From positions 104,718,001 to 104,782,000 of the forward strand of contig NC_043004.1 of assembly GCF_006345805.1 (NCBI RefSeq): a stretch of DNA of 64,000 nt. The letters run 5' to 3'. The stretch comes from Octopus sinensis. Taxonomy: Eukaryota. Shown here piece after piece: positions 24,761 to 39,340 of this stretch. Both the position numbers and the translations under genes were made by a program. The notes beneath the pieces were generated by a model. That model did not search any database. It was not told the origin of the DNA and saw only the letters and a list, made by a program, of their open reading frames with translations. Position 1 is the stretch's first letter, and every line of letters starts with the position of its first letter.

Positions 24761-26329
24761 TGACATTATCATCAGTAGCCAAGGGACACAAGATTGTATT
24801 TACTGTTCAGTTCGATCAATGCTAACCAGAAGCACAACAACAACAACAACAACTCGTCAGAAAAAACTAAAATGAAAGTTGTGATTTCCATGACTTTCTA
24901 ATGTAAATAGTTGCATAACTGAAAACTCAGAATACAACCACGCATTCTGCTGAATAAGAGCACTTTAACATTGAACACGGGACCAGGAAACAGCAGGTTT
25001 AAACAACCGCCGCCGCCACCACCACCACCACCACCACCACCATTACTACTACTGCTGCTGCTGTTGCTGCTGTTACTGCTGCTGCTGCCTTATCAGGATC
25101 TTTTTTTTTATGTCAAGGAGCTGAAGTTACGGAGAGAGGATATTATACGACAAAATTTTACCGCAACATTTATTGTTTTGATTACTCGGAAATTAAAAAG
25201 CATTCTTGCAATTACTCCGAGTACAGGGCGTTAGCAGAATTATTAGAGCATAGCAGTATCTCTTCCGGCTTTCTACATTCTGAGTTCAAATTCAGATCAC
25301 TTTCCGAGTTATATATCAATATTTAGAGTTAATTTCAGGAGTGTCGTCTCTTCCACATTCGCAGAAAATTTTTCGATAAACGTAATGACTTCTTGTTTTC
25401 CCCCCTTCAAGCTAAAATATCTGTTCAATAAAATTATTTTCGGCTTATCATCAAAAGTCAGTGACCTTGTAATTGTTCTCCAATTGAAGTCTTTTTGCAA
25501 TTGACATCTTAATTTGTTGCTGACATTGCTGGATGTAAATAAGGAACAACACACAAACAATAAATCGTAGTCAAATTTGAAGAATAGTGGCACGCTATCT
25601 GCCTGGAATTACAACCGTGCTTCGTGGTCTGCTACCACAACAGCTCCTTTATAGGATCCAGTTAGCTCAAGACATCATCAGGAGGAACCACGTCCGGTTT
25701 CGGCCCCTACTCCTCTACTGTTTTGACGTGGCGGCCCTCCCCACTTTGTGAGGTGCCTTCAGCTCTGATGTTGGGTGCATGTCTTCTTTCTTCTGTTCCC
25801 TGGCCTCTTCGATGTGTCGTCAGCGAGTGTCAGCCGGTGACTGACTGTCTAGTCAAACTTTTCAAATTTTTTATAACTCGCTGCGTCATTTGCTTTCGGC
25901 CACTTAACCTTTGTCTTCTTCACGCCTATCAGTCTTTTTGACTGTTCCAATTCCAACTGTGGAATGAACCTCGCTATGGTTATTTTCCGGGGGGTTCTGG
26001 TCACACGTCTTATGGTTTATCAACCCGCGTTGTTGAATTGTTTTCTTCTGGCACACCTTCCCTTGGTGATTCTCAGCCGATGTAACTAGCAAACACCTGA
26101 ACTCCTCATCTACCATTCCTATACCGTTTCCTTTCTCATAATGATTTCTGTTCACATGTCTGATGAAAAGGAGACAATGCTTTCTGGACAACACCGTTAG
26201 ATACAGTTAAGTATTTTTGTCTTGCTGAAGGAAAAGATATAGTCATATTAAAAACTATTTGTCGCGTGACTATACTATAAATTAAAAATATACTATAGCA
26301 GCCTGCAGTCCCTTAAATGTCATAATGTT

Positions 26330-26530
26330 GTTTGTTTCTTCTCGAGTAAGGGCCGGTTTTCCGGTTTCCTTGGCGTATAGGTTCCCACTGGACGGGACGC
26401 CGTCGCAGGTGAGCTGCAAGATGCAAGAGGAAAGAGTGAGAGAAAGTTGTGGCGAAAGAGTCGGCAGCAGTTCGCTATTACCTTCTGCCGGAGCCGCGTG
26501 GGGCTTAGGTGTGTCGCTCATAAACACACA
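26330..26530 (-). mobile_element. SINE family C 3' part
   Basis: Reverse complement resembles 48450-48640 (gacggcgtcccgtccag..gaaaccggaaaaccggccc). Confidence 0.7.
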
Positions 26531-26883
26531 CATTGTCTAACATTATCGCCGAACTCCTAGAACAATATTAATCGTTAACATAATTGTTTTTAGTTACATT
26601 TTTATATCTCTAACATTAAGTATGTTAACTTAAGTAAACAAGTTTTTGACATTGAGGCCAGGTTACACATTCTAGGGGGACATCTAGTCGTTTAGTTTTT
26701 ATCATTTACTTGTTTTAGTTACTAGACTGCGGCCATGCTGGAACACTGGTTGAAGAATTTTAGTCGAATGAATCGACCCCAATACTTGATATTCTTTAAG
26801 GTTGGTACTTATTCTATCGGTATCTTTTGCCGAACCACTAAGTTACGGGGTAAATACATTAACACCGGTTGTCAAGCGATGGC

Positions 26884-26937
<54 letters not shown>

Positions 26938-27848
26938 ATGGGCTACTTTCAGTTTCCGTATACCAAATCCACTTACAAGGCTTTGCTCGGTCCGAGGCAA
27001 TAATAGAAGACACTTGCCCACGGTGCCACCAGTGGTACTGAACCCGAAACCACACAGCCACGCCTGCGTATGTATTAATTTCTAAAATCAAAACTTTAGC
27101 AAAAATAAGGCCTATATACGAAACATAAGCTTAGACGATAAATCGGTCCAAAATCTCTATGGAAAGCCAAGACAGATTCGTGAATATCTTGTGCCCCCCC
27201 CCCAATAGATAAATATAAATCCGGTGTACGCAACTGAGGCAGCGTTTAATCAAATCAGCAATTTGTGTGTGATGCTTAATGTATATACACCGTTGATAGG
27301 CTACTTACTGCAGCATATATCAAAAGATAACATTTCTTATGGACTTGCTGTGTTAAAAACAATAAATATCAGTGAGAGAGGGAGACAAAAATTCGTCCCT
27401 GCAGCGTCCAGCGAGAGCGAAGGGCAAATACAGCAGAAACCGGACTATGTTGATAGTCTATACATTTAGTATAATACATAGATGGCTAAATAATATAAAT
27501 AACGCCCTCACAGGTCTTTTAACTTTGTTCGAAATATTCCTGTCACCCTCTGCCCCCAAAACAATTTTGTGCCGCTTTGCAAAATTTCTTTTGAACGTCC
27601 TGGATGCAAGGTCACACAGATTGTCCAGAGAGGAGGGAGTAGTTAAAGCGGACATAGTGGAAATAAAGATTCCGAACTCGATGTTAAATGTTTTCCCACT
27701 AAAGACTGCGGTTTAAAGAAATCACTATTAAAGGAATTAAATGCATTTAAATTCACTTGAAATAAACAGCTTTTAACTGACAGTTTCACTGTCAATGTTT
27801 CCAAGATAAAAAAATATTATCATTCAATGAATAGATATGATTCTGCTA

Positions 27849-28247
27849 TAGTGGCGGCTCGTAGATAAAATTAGTGGGGGTGCTGCTTCAGAAAATTTTT
27901 AGCCGTTGTTTTAATATTGTGTAAAAGGAAACAAACTTATAAAAAGAACATTTATACATAAACTTGATCGGTTCGAGTTTTGGCCACTGCCGAGTAGTGT
28001 GTTTAATTTGTTCACTGAACACCGCTGCGAATTCTCCACTGTTTTTCAAAAATACCCCCTAAATCACAAAATAAGGAGGGAAAATGTGCCCTATTTTTCA
28101 AATCCTGGCAGCAACACTGAAGCTGGAAGCAGGATAATAATCTAATTCTACACTTTATCATATTCAAGAATATAAACACGTTTTTAAGCACAACACACGC
28201 GGAGGCAAAAAAAACAACTCTTTCACCAGAACTGCGTGAACGACAGT

Positions 28248-28291
<44 letters not shown>

Positions 28292-28556
28292 GCGTGAAGC
28301 TTCCTATCTCGGACATGTGAGCATGCGCGCAACAGCCAAACACCGCGTCGCTGTACCTGTGAAGCGCACAGTTCTATACAAGGATTTTTGTATTTTTTTT
28401 CATAAACTAGGGGATGAATACTGACATTAAGCTTAAGGATTATATAATGTACAGGTATAAAGAAAGAATTAAAGAAAAAAGGGCTCATTATATTGGATGT
28501 CAAGTGGAAACAGGAGGTGCCGCAGCTCCGCAGTGCCTCTGCACGAGCCGCCACTG
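27849..28556. mobile_element. hAT-type MITE
   Basis: TIRs tagtggcggctcgt / acgagccgccactg; decayed 8-bp flanks ttctgcta / ttttgttg. Confidence 0.7.
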
Positions 28557-29351
28557 TTTTGTTGCAATCTCAATTTATATAACTTGCTATATCTTTTATA
28601 TTTCATTTATTTCAGCTCCTGGATTGCGACCATGCTGGGGCAGCACCTTGGTGGCTTAAGACGAACAAATTGACCTCAGTATTTATTTCCAAGTCTGGCA
28701 CATACACTATCGTTCTATATTGCCGAACCGCTAAGCTAATAGGATGTAAACAAACCAACACTGGTTGTTAAGTGGCGAAGGTGATAAACAACACACACAC
28801 ACATATATACACACGCGGGCGGGCGGGTGGGTCTGCCCACCAAGCGACCGGCGTGGCATCATTCGAATACTAAAACAATTCCAAGAGCATTGTGACTATC
28901 GATGCATAACAACATCCAATGGCCTGGTCGATACCGTGGCTAGAAAACGAGTTTCTACAACGAGATTTCAGGTTCAGTCCCTACACTAACATAATCGTAT
29001 TTATGATTATTTCATGAAATTCCTGATGAGTGCTGCCTAATTTCAGTTTTAGAATATTTTCATTGTTGTCTGTTTAATCACCAAACCAATCGCCCACATG
29101 GTTTTGTGGAATGAATCGCGAGTGTGGTCCACATTAGTGTACGGCTCACAAGTATGAGATGCTGATGCTTAACACACAACCATCCGAGATCAGAAGCATC
29201 AAATCTGTTTGCCCTTGCGGGTCGGGTTGATTCGTAAACTAGTTCTCAAGAGTCTTGGCCGGGTGAGAGGAAGAACCCTAATATTATTCGTAATGTAAGC
29301 CAAAATAAACGGATAACGGAGCCAATATAAAGGAGCACGTGTGTATATCTA

Positions 29352-29560
29352 CAAGGACGTGCCAAAAAGTTCCTGGCTTTGAGTAAAAAGGAACAGGAGG
29401 ACCAGTTAATTATGATTTTATCCAACATGTTCCCCTTCTCAGATTCACGCACTTATAACAGCAGTCCTTCAGTTTTTCTAACACCTGTAAAAGAACTCAG
29501 GAGTTTGGGCCTCCAACCTGGCCTTTCACGACACCCTTAAAGCCAGGAACGATTCTGCAA
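29352..29560. mobile_element. Mariner-type MITE, decayed copy
   Basis: Aligns with 29825-30041. Confidence 0.7.
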
Positions 29561-29750
29561 CAAGGTGCAATGCAGTGGGACTGATATTGGAATCATATGA
29601 TACATACATACATACACACATACATATGCATACACACATACATACATACATACATCAAAGACTATTTTCCATCCTTTCCGAGCTCGTTGTTCCTTCACCT
29701 GTCTTTGTCTTTTGTTTTCTGTAAATTTGAACTATGTGTGTGTGTGTGTA

Positions 29751-29787
<37 letters not shown>

Positions 29788-29824
29788 TACTGTGTGTGTG
29801 TGTGCGTGTGTGTGTGTGTACATA

Positions 29825-30041
29825 CGAGGGGCCGCTGAAAGGTTCCTAGCTTTGAGTAAAAGAAAATACAAGAGGATCAGTTAACTATGATTTTATTCAA
29901 CCTATTATCCTCTCAGATTCACACACTTATTGCACCAGTCCTTCAGTTTTTCTAAGATCTGTTAAAGAACTCGGAAATTTGGGCTTCCTGCTCGGCCTGT
30001 CACGATAACCTTAAAACCAGAAACTTTTCAGCACCCGCTCG
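29825..30041. mobile_element. Mariner-type MITE (~217 bp)
   Basis: TIRs cgaggggccgctgaaaggttcc / ccagaaacttttcagcacccgctcg, TA on both sides; third copy at 50793-51016. Confidence 0.85.
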
Positions 30042-30069
30042 TACATATGTATATATATGTGTGTGTGTG

Positions 30070-30113
<44 letters not shown>

Positions 30114-30606
30114 TGTATGTGTGTGCGTGTGCGCGTGCGCGTGTGTGTGTCTGAAGAGAAAATACACCGGACAGTCGCAGTGACATTCGTAACGTTACGT
30201 AATATATATATGTGTGACCTGATTCTTGAAACAACTGCAGTACTCAACGACCTGTTCAATCCTACTTTTTTTTTTACAGTTTTGATTATCGCATTACAAA
30301 CTGCTTTTGTTGTCTTCAAAATAGAGTTGTATAGTATCTGTCATTTTACTGGAAATTTCGGCTTAATCTCGATATGAGACGAACTGCATTTAATAATTAG
30401 TAAAGTTATTGATCAATTGATTCTGTTCTCTGTATAAGTCTGTTTGTGTTAGAGACAAACAAACTACGTCTTACCATGGTCACTCGACCGATCTCTTTTA
30501 GATTATCCTGTGCGTGGTGGTGGTGGTGGTGGTGGTGGTGGTGGTGGGATCTTATGTGTGTGAGTCAATATTTCGCTTAGCCATAGTGTTATTAATTACC
30601 TGGTGA

Positions 30607-30820
30607 AGGCGGCGAGCTGGCAGAATCGTTAGCACGCCGGGCGAAATGCTTGACGGCATTTCAACCATCTTTACGATCTTAGTTCAAATTCTGCCGAGGT
30701 CGACTTTGCTTTCATGTCATAGGAGTCGATAAAATAAGTTCCTGTGAAATACCTGTCGATGTAATCAATTAGTCCCCTCCTCCGAAATTTCAGACCTTGT
30801 GCCTATAGCAGAAAAGATAT
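30607..30820 (+). mobile_element. SINE family B
   Basis: ggcggcgagctggcagaatcgttagcacgccgggcg head. Confidence 0.85.
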
Positions 30821-30985
30821 TAATAACCTGGTATGAGAACTCAATACACATATGCTTTAGAAAAGTGCGATAGTCGCATACAAATCATTATGAGAAATTA
30901 TACGAAAACAAGTGAACAAGAAATTATGTAAATATATATATATATATATATACTTTATTTTAAGCAGCAGAAAATTCAACAAAAT

Positions 30986-31023
30986 CTGTTACTCTGAGTT
31001 TCTCGTTGCCGTTCATCAGACAG
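30986..31023 (-). ncRNA. Minimal type-I hammerhead fold within a ~135-bp insert between (TA)n tracts
   Basis: Minus strand: CTGT CTGATGA A CG GCAA CG A GAA ACTC A GAGT A ACAG. Stem I 4 bp, GCAA loop, near-palindromic stem III, GUA site. Confidence 0.7.
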
Positions 31024-31119
31024 TTTTTGCTAGAATATTTGAGTACTCTTTTTTCCACCTTGTTTCACATTTATGTGTTTACTCCGGTATATATATATAT
31101 ATATATATATCAAAGGAAC

Positions 31120-31387
31120 AGCTTGCTCGTGAAATGAATGTGAAAGTGGCTGAGCACGTCACAGATACGTGTACCCTTAACATAGTTCTTAGGGAGATTC
31201 AGCGTGACACAGAGTATGGCAAGGCTGGCCCTTTGAAATATAGGTACTACTCATTTTTGCCAGCTGAGTGGACTGGAAGAACCCTAACCCTAAGTGTCTT
31301 GTTCAAGGACAAAACGCGTCGCCGGGAATTGAACTCACGACCTTACGATCGTGAGACAAATGCCCGAACCACTAAGCCACGCGCCTT
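31120..31387 (-). mobile_element. SINE family C-related copy with a different tail
   Basis: Head ggcgcgtggcttagtggttcggg..gagttcaattcc; related copy at 34340-34880(+), which is interrupted by SINE B 34497-34728(-). Confidence 0.7.
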
Positions 31388-32026
31388 CTCGATATAATAT
31401 ACTAAACATGTGGTAAATTCTGTCTGTGGGTGTGTTTGTGGAGTTGTTAGCTAACTCCTCCTACATGGTTTTATCGATTTTGATGAAACTTAACACACGA
31501 GTAGAACTCATGTATGGAAAACTCATGGCATACTCAGATTGTTGAAAAAAAATCGATAATAGGGCCCCTGGAAGAGATCCTTATATATATCTAACATATT
31601 TTTATATTTATATTTTTATATTTTTATATTTTTATATTTACTTTGATATTTTTTATATTTATATGTATTGTTCTTATGGTATTATCTTACTCATTGATAT
31701 GTACTGTTTTATTCTGTATTATTCTGTTTGATCTGGATGTTCCTAAATAATTAGTTAATAAATTATATGAATTGGTATTATCTAATAGTTGATGATTGAT
31801 AGAAATCTATTCCTCCATTTTCTTATTTTGTATTATGAATTTGAGGTAAACCATTTTACCTTCGCCCATATAATACAATAAATGAATTAATTGCATTGCA
31901 ATTCTAAGCATTTATGTATTAGCCTTTCTGGGTAATTTACTGTCAGTATATTGGATAAATGATATCCCATAGTGGGTTACACTCACAACTCCTATCTCAC
32001 TTTATATGTATATATATATATATATT

Positions 32027-32062
<36 letters not shown>

Positions 32063-32859
32063 ACTACTTATTAACAATAAAGGGAACTGTAAAGTCTGTG
32101 CGCCTGGATGTGTGCGGATAACTTATCCACGTGGACACAGAAATTGCCCAAATGAACACAAAAGATTTTTGAGAGGAGCAATGCTTGATAAAATGCTTGC
32201 AAAAGCTTCAGCAATGTTCATAACACAATATATTCGGACGTGCACTTCCGTAATTTGAGAAAAAGAAAGAAAGAAAGAAAGGAAGAAAACTCGCTGGGCT
32301 TGGCACATACACATATCACATACACATATCACGTATTTGGATTCATAAGGCTTTTCTTTCATTGGCCGAAATGATAAAAAATTATAAAAATTTGCACTGA
32401 TTCGACTGAGAAGAACCGGTTCTAATCACGATTCTAATCAAGCTATGACGTTGCATGTATGTTGGCGGTTTTTATTTCATGAAACAACTTTTTAAAAATT
32501 AAATAATAATGATAATAAAATTATTTTGCTTATAAGATTGAGTTTAAGGAGTGGATTAATTGCAACGGACTGTATGTTTGACAATGCTGTCCTAAAACGC
32601 ATCTAGAATTTTAACGTTCTAAAGAAACTGCAACACAGTCGTGTTTTCAATGCAACATGAGTAAAAAGGAGAGTTATACAAATTATAAATATGCATTACT
32701 GATGTGATACCATCGAAAGAAAGAAAGAGAAAGAGAGAGAGGGAGAAAGAGAGAGAGGGAGAAGGATAGAGATAAAGATAGGGAGAGAGAGAAATAGAGA
32801 TTCATAGAGAAAGACATACACACACACACACACACCACACACACACATATATACATATA

Positions 32860-32890
<31 letters not shown>

Positions 32891-32891
32891 G

Positions 32892-33145
32892 TGGAGGCGC
32901 GTGGTTTAGTGGTTAGGATGTCAGCATCATGATCGTAAGATTGTGGTTTCGATTCCTGAACCGGGCGACGCGTTGTGTTCTTGAGCAAAAACACTTCATT
33001 TCACATTGCTCCAGTCCACTCAGCTGGTAAAAATGAGTAACGCTGCGATGGACTGGCGTCCCGTCCAGCTGGGGAACACATATGCCATAGAAACCGGGAA
33101 ACCGGACCCATGAGCCTGGCTAGGCTTTAAAAAGGCGCATTTATT
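32892..33145 (+). mobile_element. SINE family C (tRNA head, V-SINE-like core gcgatggactggcgtcccgtccag)
   Basis: A/B-box-like tggtttagtggttagg / ggtttcgattcc; homologous to 48363-48676. Confidence 0.8.
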
Positions 33146-33181
33146 ATTTTATATATATATATATATATAAAAGGGCGCATT

Positions 33182-33295
<114 letters not shown>

Positions 33296-33777
33296 TAAGG
33301 AGAGAGAGAGAGAGAGGAGCAGGAGGAAGAGCAGGAGGAGACTAACAGATACAGAGAGAGACAACAACGTCGGTAATAACGACGAAGGAGCTTCTATGCA
33401 GTTTCCGTCCATTAAATTCCACTCACAAGATATTAACTTGAGGCTCTGCCCATGCTTACCCTTACTAGTGTAAAACGGTGTGTCGCTTTGCCTCAGCGAT
33501 TCGATAAACAGAGATTGATGAAATAAGTACCAGACAGAAATAATCACTTATTGATATGATCACTGAAGCTCTTAAGATCAGTGCCCCATCATGGCTGCAG
33601 TCCAGTGACTGAAACCAATAGAAGATCAAGGGATTTGCGGTTGTGGACATCCGGGACATGTGATTAGAACGTCGTAGGAAAGAATCGTAAGACGGATTCT
33701 TCAAGTCAAACCAACCAGTGGAAGCCCTAGGTGTAGACCAAGCACGTGATGGCTGGATAATATTCATAGACTCAGTT

Positions 33778-34175
33778 AGGGCGGCGAGCTGGCAGAATCG
33801 TTATCGCGCCAGAAAAAATGCTTAGCAGCATTTCTCCTTTGCCTTTCGGGGTCGATAAAATAAGTACTAGTTGAACACTGGAATCGATGTAATCGACTTA
33901 TTCCTTCTCCTGAATATTGGTAACCAATTTTCGGTTATCAATTTGAAACCAATAGTTAAATGCGGCGAGCTGGCAGAATCGTTAGCACACCGGGTTAAAT
34001 GCATAGTAGTATGTCGTCCGTCTCTACGTTCTGAGTTCAAATACATCCGAGGTTGACTTTCCTTTTCATCCTTTCGATGTAGATAAGAGAAGTATCAGTT
34101 GAACACCGGGGTTGATGTAATCGACTTATACCCTGCCCTGAAATTGCTAGCCCTGTGCCAAAATTTGAAACCAAT
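33778..34175 (+). mobile_element. Two adjacent SINE family B copies
   Basis: Heads gcggcgagctggcagaatcgtta at ~33780 and ~33962. Confidence 0.8.
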
Positions 34176-35747
34176 ATCCGTAGTCTCATTTGGGAATACA
34201 CCTGGAGAGTCAAATGACGGTTGCTTCTGCTAGGACCTAGGAAGAGGTGCTTGATGACTTTACCTCACCGATACTTCCAGAAATAGTAGGCGGACAAGGA
34301 ATAGACACTTGATAATTATAGTACACTTTTGTGAAGGATCGTGGCTGTGTGGTTAGGGTATTCGGTTCACTGTCGTGAGTTCAATTCTTGACGGCGCGTT
34401 GTGTCCACGAGCAAGATAATTTATCTCACGTTGCTCTAGTCCACTCAGCGGGGGGGGGGGGGAGTGACTAGTACTTGTATTTCAAAGGGAACAATCTTAT
34501 TTTTTATTGCCCACAAGGGGCTAAACATAGAGGGGACAAACAAGGACAGGCAAAGGGATTAAGTTGACTACATCGAACCCAGTGCATAACTGGTACTTAA
34601 TTTATCGACCCCGAAAGGATAAAAGGCAAAGTCGACCTCGGCGGAATTTGAACTCAGAACGTAGCGGCAGACGAAATACCGTTAAGGATTTCGCCCGGCG
34701 TGCTACCGTTTCTGCCAGCTCACCGCCTCAAAGGTGACAGTCTTGTCACATTCGATGTGTCATGCTGAATCTCCCTGAGAACTACGTCAAGGGCATGCGT
34801 GTCTGTAGTGGAGTGGTCAGCCACTTGCACATTAATTTCACAAACAGGTTGTTTTTCTGTTGATCGGATCAGCTGTAACCCTTGTCGTCCCAGCCGACGA
34901 AGTGCTGATTTATTGTGCGTTTTTAGCAGGAATACAGCTAAGTGCCAGTGATGAGTTATGAACTATTAACCCCACATATCGTAGGCTGCTACCCTATCTA
35001 CTCACTTGGCTATCCCACACGACGTTATCAATTCTATATTTACTCTTTTACCTGAACATTCTTCGAATTTTTTTGTTTGAAAAATTCCTTCTTGATAATT
35101 TTGTCTTATCTCACGCCTCTGTTCTTTCACTTATAATACGTAGGCGGGCGATATGTGAAATAACGGCGTTCTTGGTGGTGGTGGTCGTGGTAGTCGTCGT
35201 CGTCGTGACAGTGATTGTGGTGGTGAAGGAGGTGACGGTGGCGGCAGTGATTGGGTAGTTGTGGTGGTGGAAAGTGGTGGCGGCGGCGGTAGGGATTGTG
35301 GTATTTGTGGTGGTGGTGTTACTACTGTTGTTTGGTACTATTTTAAGAAGAGTCGTCCCTGTGCGCGCACTCGCGTACTCGCGCAGCTAGTCGTGACTAG
35401 TCGATCCTTACTTTGTGTTTTTGTTTTATTAACTATTTACTTTGTATTTTATTTACTTTGTTTTTAAAAAATGATTTACTTTGTGTAAAAAAGTTATTTA
35501 TTTTGTGTTTTTGTGTTTTATTTACTTTGCTCTGTGCGCAGAAAATTCAAAGCCACATCATCGAATAAACTCGTTTTTCTATCTTGTTTATCTATTTATT
35601 GGCTGCACAGGAAGAAGTTTGCTTCTCAACCACATGGTTTTGGGTTCAGTCCCTTTGCGTGGCACCTTGGGCAAGTATCCTATAGCCTCGGGCCGACTAA
35701 AGCCTTGTGAGTGGATTTGGTGGACGGAAACTGAAAGAAGCCCGTCG

Positions 35748-35828
<81 letters not shown>

Positions 35829-36085
35829 GCACACATATATATATAAATATACATACATATGTGTGTATGCGCGCGCACGTGTGTGTATGTGTGTGACTGC
35901 CTGCATTTGACAACCCTGTAACTTAGCGATTCGATACAATAAACTGATAGAATAAGTACCAGGCTTAAAAAAGTGTACTGAGGCCGATTCATTCGAATAA
36001 AACCTCAACAAGGTGGTGCCCCAGTATGGCCGCATTCTAATGATTGAAAGAAGTAAATATATGAGTGTCTGTGCGTGTGTGTATG

Positions 36086-36116
<31 letters not shown>

Positions 36117-36849
36117 GCATATATGTATGTATAAGTACTGGGATCGATTTGGTCGACTAAACCCTTCAATGCGGTGCTCTAGCATGGCCGCAGCCCAAAT
36201 ACTAGAAATAAAACGTAACAGGTAATAGATCGATTTATTATTGAAGAGGGTGCAGTGTGACCTGGCAGAGATCAAGTTATTAGCACTTGCAGGTCGGGCG
36301 ACCACCTAGAAAAGCTCGTTCAGGTCACCGGGATAGTAGTAATGGTGATGATATTTGTTAGTGGGCGGGTCACACTGGCAATGATAATAACGGCGTGCGT
36401 GGTGCGGCGTTGGTAGCATTGGTTGTAGGATGGTGGTGGCGGCGGTGGTAGTGGTGGTGGCGGTGGTGGTGGTGGTGGTGGTGGTGGAATAACATTGATA
36501 AGAGAAAATTTAAATCGGTGAAGTGTGGGTGCTTATTGTGTGCTTGGTTCCTGAGTGCTTGCGTGTTACACAGGCGAAATACCCAGCGTTCCTAGTTTAA
36601 AGACCGACAATTAATTCATTAACAAAATGTCTTTCTTTATCATTCACTCGTTTCAGTCATTGGACTGCGGCCATGCTGTAGTACCATCTTGAAGGATTTA
36701 GTTGAAAAAAATCAACCCCAGTAACCAATCTGGTATTTATTCCATCGTTCTCTTGGACCGAACTGCTTTGTTAAAGGGACATAAACAAAGCAAAGCCGGT
36801 TACCATGCAGTGGTGGGGTGGAAGACAAACGTGAACACAAACATAAAGA

Positions 36850-37459
36850 CACATACATACATACATACATACATACATACACATACATACATACATGCAT
36901 GCATACATACATACATACACACATACATACATACATACATACACACATACATACATACATACATACATACATACATACATGCATGCATACATACGTACAT
37001 ACATACATACATGCATGCATACATACATACACACATACATACATATACACATACATACATATACACATCATCATCATCATCATTGTTCGACCGTGGTCGA
37101 GACAATGGAATTTACCATGTTGCGCCAGACTTCACGGTCCATCATAGCATTACGGAGGTCCTGTTGCTGGATGCCTGTATCCCTGGAGATTACATCAGGG
37201 TAGGAGAGTGTGCGCCCTCTGGTGTTGCGAGTAGATGGCTTATACACATACATACATACATACATACATACACCATACATACATACATACATGCATACAT
37301 ACATACATGCATGCATACATACATACATACATACATACATATACAAATACATACATATACACATACATACATACATACATACATACATACATACATACAT
37401 ACACACATACATACATACATGCATACATACATACATGCATGCATACATACATACATACA

Positions 37460-37491
<32 letters not shown>

Positions 37492-37574
37492 CACATACAT
37501 ATACACATACATACATACATACATACTACACAAAACATACATACATACATACATACATACATACATGCATACAA

Positions 37575-37606
<32 letters not shown>

Positions 37607-38000
37607 CAAACATACATACATACATACATACATACATACACACACACATACATACATACATACATACATAATACATACATACATACATACATACATAATA
37701 CATACATACATACATACACACATACATACATACATACATACATCATACATACATACATGCATACATACATACATACATACATACATATACACATACATAC
37801 ATATACACATACATACATATACACATACATACATACATACATGCATACATGCATGCATACATACATACATACATACACACATACATACATACATACATAC
37901 ATACATACATGCATACATACATACATACATACATACATTCATACACACATACATACATACATACATACATACATACATACATACTTACATACATACATAC

Positions 38001-38031
<31 letters not shown>

Positions 38032-38061
38032 CATACATACATACATACATACATACATACA

Positions 38062-38093
<32 letters not shown>

Positions 38094-38095
38094 CA
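36850..38095. repeat. Expanded (TACA)n tract inside a SINE A copy
   Basis: SINE A 3' half at 36645-36850 and 5' half at 38100-38235 flank the tract. Confidence 0.9.
37067..37241 (-). mobile_element. Short 3' end of an RTE-like LINE with (TGA)n tail
   Basis: Minus strand KPSTRNTRGRTLSYPDVISRDTGIQQQDLRNAMMDREVWRNMVNSIVSTTVEQ* followed by (tga)n. Confidence 0.75.
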
Positions 38096-39049
38096 ACTCA
38101 GCTCCACACAATTTCCATTTATGAAATTCACTTACAAGACTTTAGTCGTCCTGGGGCTATAAGAGAAGACACTTGCCCAAGAAGCCGCTCAATGCGACTG
38201 AACTTGAGCTTCTTCACCATACACCAATGTCTCTGCCTGGAGAAATTATGTGCCTCTGTAGCTTTAAAAAGTGAAAACGCATAGCGCAATGGTTATTATG
38301 TATACTAAGCAAATTAGTAACACTTTTTTTCTGAAGCTACTTGATTTGATATGTATATAAATGGATTGGGTTATTGATTCCCTGGGATAGGTCAAGAAAT
38401 GCGCCCACCTCTGATAAAAACCCTATTAAGGGTCGAAAAATCGTTTAAAGCTGTTCAGTAATTTTGCAACCCATAAATAGGCTCACTTGACATGTTTGTA
38501 TGTCTATTAATTAGGTAAATTGGAATATATATGTATATATATGCACTCACATATATCTACACACACGCACGAAAACATATATATATACATATATAGTCGT
38601 TTGTGAGTATTCATGCGCGCGCGCGTCTGTGTGTGCGCTCGCGCGTTGCAAACTATTTCGACTCTTATTCTAATGTTGTTTACCAAAATAATATTCACAG
38701 GCTGTTTGTTATATAAAAAGATATGACTCAATACAGACAAACGGTCAAATTAACTTTCGAAGTTCTCGTGTGTAAACTTTCTACTTTGTTCCCAGGCTTC
38801 TATACCTGGCTGGGAACAATACTAACACGGCAAGACATTCTTTCTTCCCTCGTCTTCTTCATTTTCCTCCTCCTTCTCCTCCTTTTCCTTCTCCTCCTTT
38901 TCCTTCTCCTCCTCCTCTTCTTGTAGGGTGCCCTGACTGAACCTCCTTCGGGGACATTAACACATTTGCTATGACTGTGTATACCCTTATTTTTCATTCA
39001 TATTTAATTTCAATGCAAACGTTTACATTTTTCACATTTTGTAACCCCT

Positions 39050-39340
39050 GTCTCTATAGCATCCCCCTCGTAAGAAAGGGATTATTTGATGGACGTGATT
39101 GAAAGGGCTGAAAACAGACCTTTTCCTCTTAGACCAAGTCCTCATCAACTTTTTCAAGTTCTACTCGAAAACAAAAAAAGTGCCGGAAGAGAGAGAAGTG
39201 TTTCCTCCAAGCTGGATGACAGACCTGGGTCTGGTCCAACGTACGAATCTGGACTGTGCATGTGTCTGTCGATTGGAGAAGAACAACTGGGAGAGGGCAC
39301 TTATACAAGTCATGGTGATCGTATTTTTGCAGGAGGCCTT
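39050..39340 (+). mobile_element. Tx1-like ORF2 C-terminal remnant
   Basis: KGLKTDLFLLDQVLINFFKFYSKTKKVPEEREVF parallels ORF 16994-17221. Confidence 0.6.

Noticed and set aside
31783-31812. AATAG TTGATGA TTGATA GAAA TCTATT in a TA-flanked AT-rich insert
   Set aside because: No real stem II; plausible by chance in AT-rich DNA.
32892-32970. tRNA-like sequences at SINE heads
   Set aside because: They continue into SINE bodies and lack a proper cloverleaf; not tRNA genes.
36702-38284. Long ORFs (up to 486 aa) of HTYI/MYVC repeats, also at 13023-13935, 49095-49884 and 54422-55284
   Set aside because: Translations of stop-poor microsatellites, not genes.
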